In this document: one piece after another, positions 31,507 to 35,379 of the stretch | Layout of the letters: each line of letters opens with the position of its first letter | Numbering within the stretch: position 1 is the first letter of the stretch | NCBI GenBank assembly: GCA_046094945.1 | Contig: JBJTIJ010000237.1 | Coordinates: 1 to 35,379 of the forward strand | Direction of reading: 5' to 3' | DNA from: Planctomycetia bacterium | GTDB taxonomy: Bacteria > Planctomycetota > PLA2 > JAEUHO01 | Length of the DNA: 35,379 nucleotides | Program-made: the position numbers and the translations under genes | Notes under the pieces: model-generated | Seen by the model: the letters and a program-made list of their open reading frames with translations, nothing else | Databases searched by the model: none | Told to the model about the DNA's origin: nothing

Positions 31507-34500
31507 ATGCCTGCACGCCTCCCCCGCGCTGCCCGTGCTGCCCGCGCCTCCTGCCCCGCCAGCGCCGCCTCTGCGCGCGGCGCGGCCCGCGGCCCGCGGC
31601 GGGCTGGCGTGGCCCTGTGGCTGGCTGGCATGGCCGCGGTGCTGGCCGGCAGCCTGCCGCTGCGCGCCGACGAGCCCGAGCGCGAGACGCGCGTGCAGGC
31701 CCGCCGCCGCGAGCAGGAGGCCATCCGCGAGAAGACCGAGGCGCTCACGGCCAGCATGCGCTCGCTGCGCGAGTCGCTGGAGCGCGAGGGCTCCGCCTAC
31801 GAGGTCGAGATCCTCTCGCGCGCGCTCACGCACCTGGAGGGCGCCAACCTCGCCGCCGGCATCCAGGCGGCGCTGCAGGCGCTGGAGGGCGCGCGTGACG
31901 TCTCGCAGGTGGCACGCGAGCAGGTGGCGCGCGTGCTGGGCGACCTCGAGGGCCTGCTGGAGATCCTCGAGGACCGCAAGCGCGAGGTGACGCGCGACCA
32001 GATCGAGCAGCGCCTGGAGGCCGCCAAGCAGGCGCTGGAGGCCACGCAGGAGCTCAAGCGCGAGCAGGAGCGGCTGGCGCGAGCGGTGGAGCAGGCCCAG
32101 CAGCAGGCCCGCACCGAGGCGGCGCGCCAGGCCGCGGCCCTCGCCGAGGAGGCACAGGCCCTGCGCCAGGAGCAGCAGCGCCTGCGCGAGCAGGGCACGC
32201 AGGACGCCAGCGAGCAGGCGCGTGCCGAGCGCGCCATGGCCGAGAACCTGCTGGCGCGCCAGCAGGAGCTGCTCGAGCGCCTGCGCGCGGCCCGGCGCGC
32301 CGAGGGCGAGCAGGCGCGCGCCGCGGCCGCCGAGGCTCGCGCGCTGGCGGCCGAGGAGCGCGAGGCAGCGGCGAGCGCCGGCTTGGACGCAGCCTGGGAA
32401 GGCCTGCGGCAGGCCGTGGGCGAGGCCTCGGCGGCCGCGGCCCGTGCAGCCGCCGACGCCACGGCGGCCGCGGCCGCCGAGGCCGCCGTGCAGGCGGCGC
32501 GCGAGGCGGGCTCGGCCGCGGAGGCCCAGCAGCGGGCGGCAGGCGGTGGCGAGGGCGCGGCGCAGGCTGCGCGCGAGGCCGGCGAGGCGCGCGAGCGTGC
32601 GCGCGCCGCGGCCGGCCGCGCCGAGCGCCTGGCCCGCGAGGCGGCCAGCGCACCGGGCTCGGACGCGGCCACGGCCGAGGGCGCCCAGCGCCTGGCCGAG
32701 CAGGCCGCGCAGCTGGCCGCAGGCGGCGAGGGTTCGCAGGCTCCGCAGGCCAACGCCCAGGCTGCTGCGCAGGCCGCGGCCCTCCAGCAGGCCGCGGCCG
32801 GGCTCGAGGGCGCCGCCCGGGATGCCGCACGCCAGGCCCGTGACGCGGCAGGCGCTGCCCGTGCGGCGGCACAGGCCCTCGATGCCCTGCGCCGAGAAGG
32901 GCGCGGGACGACAGGTGCACCGGCGGGCGAGGCTGCCCAGCAGGCGCGCGCGGCCCTCGAGGAAGGCGCCAGCCAGCTCGAGGAGGCGGCCCAGCGCCTG
33001 CAGCCGGGCACGCCGGCGGGCTCCTCGGCCAGCGCCGCGGATCGCGCGCAGGCCGGTCGCGAGCGCCTGGCCGCGGCCGCGCGTGCGCTGGGGGCCGCCG
33101 CCGAGGCCGCACGCGGCACGCCCGAGGCGCGCGCCACGGCGGCTGCAGCCGAGCAGGCCCGGGCGCAGCGGGCCGAGCAGCTGGCTGGGCAAGCAGAGGC
33201 CAGCGCCGCGGCCGCGGGCGAGCCGGGCAGCGCCGAGCGCGCCGCCGCCGAGCAGGCCGGGCGCGAGGCCGGCCAGCAGGCACGTGCCGCCGCCGGCGCC
33301 ATGCGCCAGGCCGGCGAGGCGCTGGCGGGCGGGCGCACCGGCGAGGCCTCGGCCCAGCAGGCGGAGGCCGCCGAGCAGCTCGACCGCATGGCGCGCACGC
33401 TGGGCGGCGAGGGCGGCGCCCGCGCGCTGGCCGAGGAGCAAGGCATGCTCTCGCGCGGTGCCGAGGCGCTCGCCGAGCGCCTGCAGCAGGGTGCGCAGAC
33501 CGGTGCCCCAGAGGGCGGTTCACAGCCCGCAGGCGGCTCGCAGCAGGCCGGCTCGCAGCAGGGCGGCTCGCAGGCAGGCGCCCAGCCCGGCCGCGAGCAG
33601 GCGGCAGAGGCCGCCCGCGAGGCCGCGCGCGCCATGGCGCAGGCCCAGCAGGCCCTGCAGCAGGGCCCGTCGGCCGGGGCGGCCGCGGCCCAGGAGCAGG
33701 CCGTGGCGGCCCTGCAGCAGGCGCGCGAGGCGCTGGCCGCCCGCGAGCGCGAGCTGGCCGCCCGGCGCGCCGAGCGCGAGCAGGCGCTGGCCGAGGCCCA
33801 GCGCCGCCTCGTGGCCAAGGCCAAGGAACTGGAGGAGAAGGCGCGCGCCCTCGCCCCGCCCTCGTCCGAGGCCCAGCAGCAGGCGGCCGCGGCCCGCGCC
33901 GCCCTCGAGCGCGCCGGCCAGGCCATGCAGCAGGCCGCCCAGCAGGCCGGCGGCGGCCAGCAGCAGCAGGCCGCCGCCTCGCAGCAGCAGGCCGAGCAGG
34001 CACTCTCCGAGGCCCAGCGCCAGCTGCAGCAGGGCGCGCGCGAGAGCGAGCGCACGCCGGCGCTGGAACGGCAGCTCAAGGAGCTGGCCGAGCAGCAGCA
34101 GCGCCTGCGCGAGCGCATGAAGCAGCTGCAGGACCTGCTGGCCAAGACCGAGAATGAGGCCGCGCAGGAGGCAGGCCGCCGGGCCCAGCGCGCCATGGAA
34201 GCCACCGAGGACAGCCTCCAGCAGGGCCAGCCGCAGCGCAGCCGCCAGCAGGCCGAGGAGGCGCGCGAGTACCTCGAGCAGGCCGAGCAGGCCCTCGACG
34301 AGGAGAAGCGCCGCTACCAGAGCCTCGAGCAGGAGGAGATGCTCTTCCAGCTGGTCAAGGACCTCAAGGCCGTGCGCGACGCCCAGGCCGCCCTGCGCAA
34401 GGAGTCCGAGGAGCTGGTGGCCGAGGCGCAGCGCCTGCGCGACGAGGGCGGGCGCCTGTCGCGTGCACGCCGCAAGCGCACCAAGGAGATGTCGGCCGAG

Positions 34501-35007
34501 GAGCAGGCGCTGGCCACCACGCTCGACGAGCGCCGCGCTGCAGTGGAGAAGGAGGAGTCCACCGCCTTCGCCTCCAGCCTCGGCGAGGCCGTGGAGGACG
34601 TGCGCGAGGCCGCGCGCCAGCTCGAGCAGCCCGACGAGCTCGGCCCGCTGCTGCTCTCGGTGCAGGACGCCGTGCTGCAGCGGCTCGACGACCTCGTGGG
34701 CGGCTTCGAGGACGAGCTCGAGCGCCGCCAGCAGGAGGAGCCCAAGCAGCAGGACCGCCAGCGGGACCAGCAGCCGCAGAAGGAGCGGCTGGTGCCCTTC
34801 GACGTCGAGCTCAAGCTGCTGCGCCGCCAGCAGCTGGACCTCAACCTGCGCGTGCAGCGCTTCTTCGAGCGCACGCCGGGCCTCTCCGAGGGCCAGGTGG
34901 GCGAGGCCGAGCGCCGCATGCTCGAGCGCCTCTACCACCAGCAGGGCCGCATCAAGCGCGTGCTGGAAGACCTGGTCGAGAAGACGCTGGGCGGCCAGGG
35001 CGGCTAG
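31507..35007 (+). CDS. Exported long Ala/Gln/Glu-rich helical-bundle repeat protein (DUF4175-like rod, 1166 aa)
   Basis: ATG at 31507, 2 nt after the previous stop; signal AGVALWLAGMAAVLAGSLPLRA-DE; repeated L..EQ..L and A..AM.QA..AL helices; C-terminal LVP...ELKLLRRQQ..LN motif. Confidence 0.82.
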   Translation: MPARLPRAARAARASCPASAASARGAARGPRRAGVALWLAGMAAVLAGSLPLRADEPERETRVQARRREQEAIREKTEALTASMRSLRESLEREGSAYEVEILSRALTHLEGANLAAGIQAALQALEGARDVSQVAREQVARVLGDLEGLLEILEDRKREVTRDQIEQRLEAAKQALEATQELKREQERLARAVEQAQQQARTEAARQAAALAEEAQALRQEQQRLREQGTQDASEQARAERAMAENLLARQQELLERLRAARRAEGEQARAAAAEARALAAEEREAAASAGLDAAWEGLRQAVGEASAAAARAAADATAAAAAEAAVQAAREAGSAAEAQQRAAGGGEGAAQAAREAGEARERARAAAGRAERLAREAASAPGSDAATAEGAQRLAEQAAQLAAGGEGSQAPQANAQAAAQAAALQQAAAGLEGAARDAARQARDAAGAARAAAQALDALRREGRGTTGAPAGEAAQQARAALEEGASQLEEAAQRLQPGTPAGSSASAADRAQAGRERLAAAARALGAAAEAARGTPEARATAAAAEQARAQRAEQLAGQAEASAAAAGEPGSAERAAAEQAGREAGQQARAAAGAMRQAGEALAGGRTGEASAQQAEAAEQLDRMARTLGGEGGARALAEEQGMLSRGAEALAERLQQGAQTGAPEGGSQPAGGSQQAGSQQGGSQAGAQPGREQAAEAAREAARAMAQAQQALQQGPSAGAAAAQEQAVAALQQAREALAARERELAARRAEREQALAEAQRRLVAKAKELEEKARALAPPSSEAQQQAAAARAALERAGQAMQQAAQQAGGGQQQQAAASQQQAEQALSEAQRQLQQGARESERTPALERQLKELAEQQQRLRERMKQLQDLLAKTENEAAQEAGRRAQRAMEATEDSLQQGQPQRSRQQAEEAREYLEQAEQALDEEKRRYQSLEQEEMLFQLVKDLKAVRDAQAALRKESEELVAEAQRLRDEGGRLSRARRKRTKEMSAEEQALATTLDERRAAVEKEESTAFASSLGEAVEDVREAARQLEQPDELGPLLLSVQDAVLQRLDDLVGGFEDELERRQQEEPKQQDRQRDQQPQKERLVPFDVELKLLRRQQLDLNLRVQRFFERTPGLSEGQVGEAERRMLERLYHQQGRIKRVLEDLVEKTLGGQGG
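33514..33576 (+). repeat. Coding micro-repeat GGSQ(P/Q)A, about 4 copies
   Basis: ggcggttcacagcccgca ggcggctcgcagcaggcc ggctcgcagcag ggcggctcgcaggca. Confidence 0.6.
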
Positions 35008-35031
35008 GCGGGCCCTGGCCCGCGACCGCCA

Positions 35032-35068
35032 CCACGCCCGCACCCACGCCCGCACCCATACCGCGCAC
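35032..35068 (+). repeat. 12-bp tandem repeat CCACGCCCGCAC x2 plus a degenerate third copy
   Basis: Exact copies 35032-35043 and 35044-35055; ccataccgcgcac 35056-35068 abuts the TAGGAT box. Confidence 0.65.
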
Positions 35069-35074
35069 TAGGAT
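35069..35074 (+). promoter_or_regulatory. Putative -10 element (TAGGAT), leaderless geometry
   Basis: TANNNT 6 nt upstream of ATG 35081, no SD. Confidence 0.5.
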
Positions 35075-35080
35075 GTCCCC

Positions 35081-35379
35081 ATGACCCTCCCCCCTCGCCT
35101 GCGCCTTGCCCTGTGCCTCTCGCTGGCCGGCGCCGCGCTGTGCCTGGGGCGGCCCGCCCGCTGCGGGCCGAGGAGCCCAGCGACCTCGAGCGCAAGATCA
35201 AGGAGCAGATGGAGAAGGTGCTGCGCCTCATGCGCGAGAACGAGGAGGCCCTGCTCAAGGCCAGCCAGCAGGGCGGCAGCGCACCCACGGGTCCCGACAT
35301 CCCCATCCCGCCCCTGCCGCCTGCGCCCTCCGGCGGCAGCCCGCAGGGTGCTGGCGGCGCCGGCGCCGGCGGTGGCACC
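35081..35379 (+). CDS. 5' part of an exported helical/Pro-Gly-rich protein (runs off window; apparent 1-nt frameshift near 35146-35149)
   Basis: ATG 35081 gives signal peptide MTLPPRLRLALCLSLAGAALCLG; the GC3-biased frame LRAEEPSDLERKIKEQMEKVLRLMRENEEALLKASQQGG (from 35161) is a different frame; one extra G in GGGG joins them. Confidence 0.65.
   Translation, partial: MTLPPRLRLALCLSLAGAALCLGRPARCGPRSPATSSARSRSRWRRCCASCARTRRPCSRPASRAAAHPRVPTSPSRPCRLRPPAAARRVLAAPAPAVA

Noticed and set aside
23084-31620. Twin-arginine (Tat) signals in SRRPP, MRRLL and PRRAG N-termini
   Set aside because: No clear RRxFL consensus; Arg pairs are expected in GC-rich n-regions, so Sec export is the simpler reading.

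Overview
A very GC-rich (roughly 75-80% by eye), gene-dense bacterial chromosomal segment. Gene content (an AroD-AroE fusion and a MoxR/DUF58/BatA/prenyltransferase-repeat cluster) fits a Planctomycetota/PVC-like organism; this is inference. The left third is housekeeping. It holds a small lipoprotein, then a minus-strand run of pssA, a folK-panC fusion, panD, ispE, a trifunctional aroD-aroE-aroK fusion and an exported HEAT-like protein. Divergent from that run are ppdK, eno and an ftsB-like gene. From 13489 to the window end lies a same-strand cluster of at least 10 genes, apparently an uncharacterised ATP-driven cell-envelope machine. It encodes a TPR/beta-propeller protein, a MoxR AAA+ ATPase, DUF58, two membrane-anchored vWA + GATase-like proteins, a 1460-aa propeller-TPR-propeller protein, an exported prenyltransferase/squalene-cyclase-repeat barrel, a DUF4175-like membrane protein, a 1166-aa helical rod and a truncated, frameshifted secreted protein. 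Non-coding signals include recurrent TANNNT boxes 6-9 nt before start codons (leaderless geometry), a 22-bp-period dyad array before eno, a 14-bp palindromic tandem repeat and a probable CTG start. I saw no rRNA, tRNA, CRISPR array or mobile element. Most long ORFs in the six-frame track are high-GC shadow frames.
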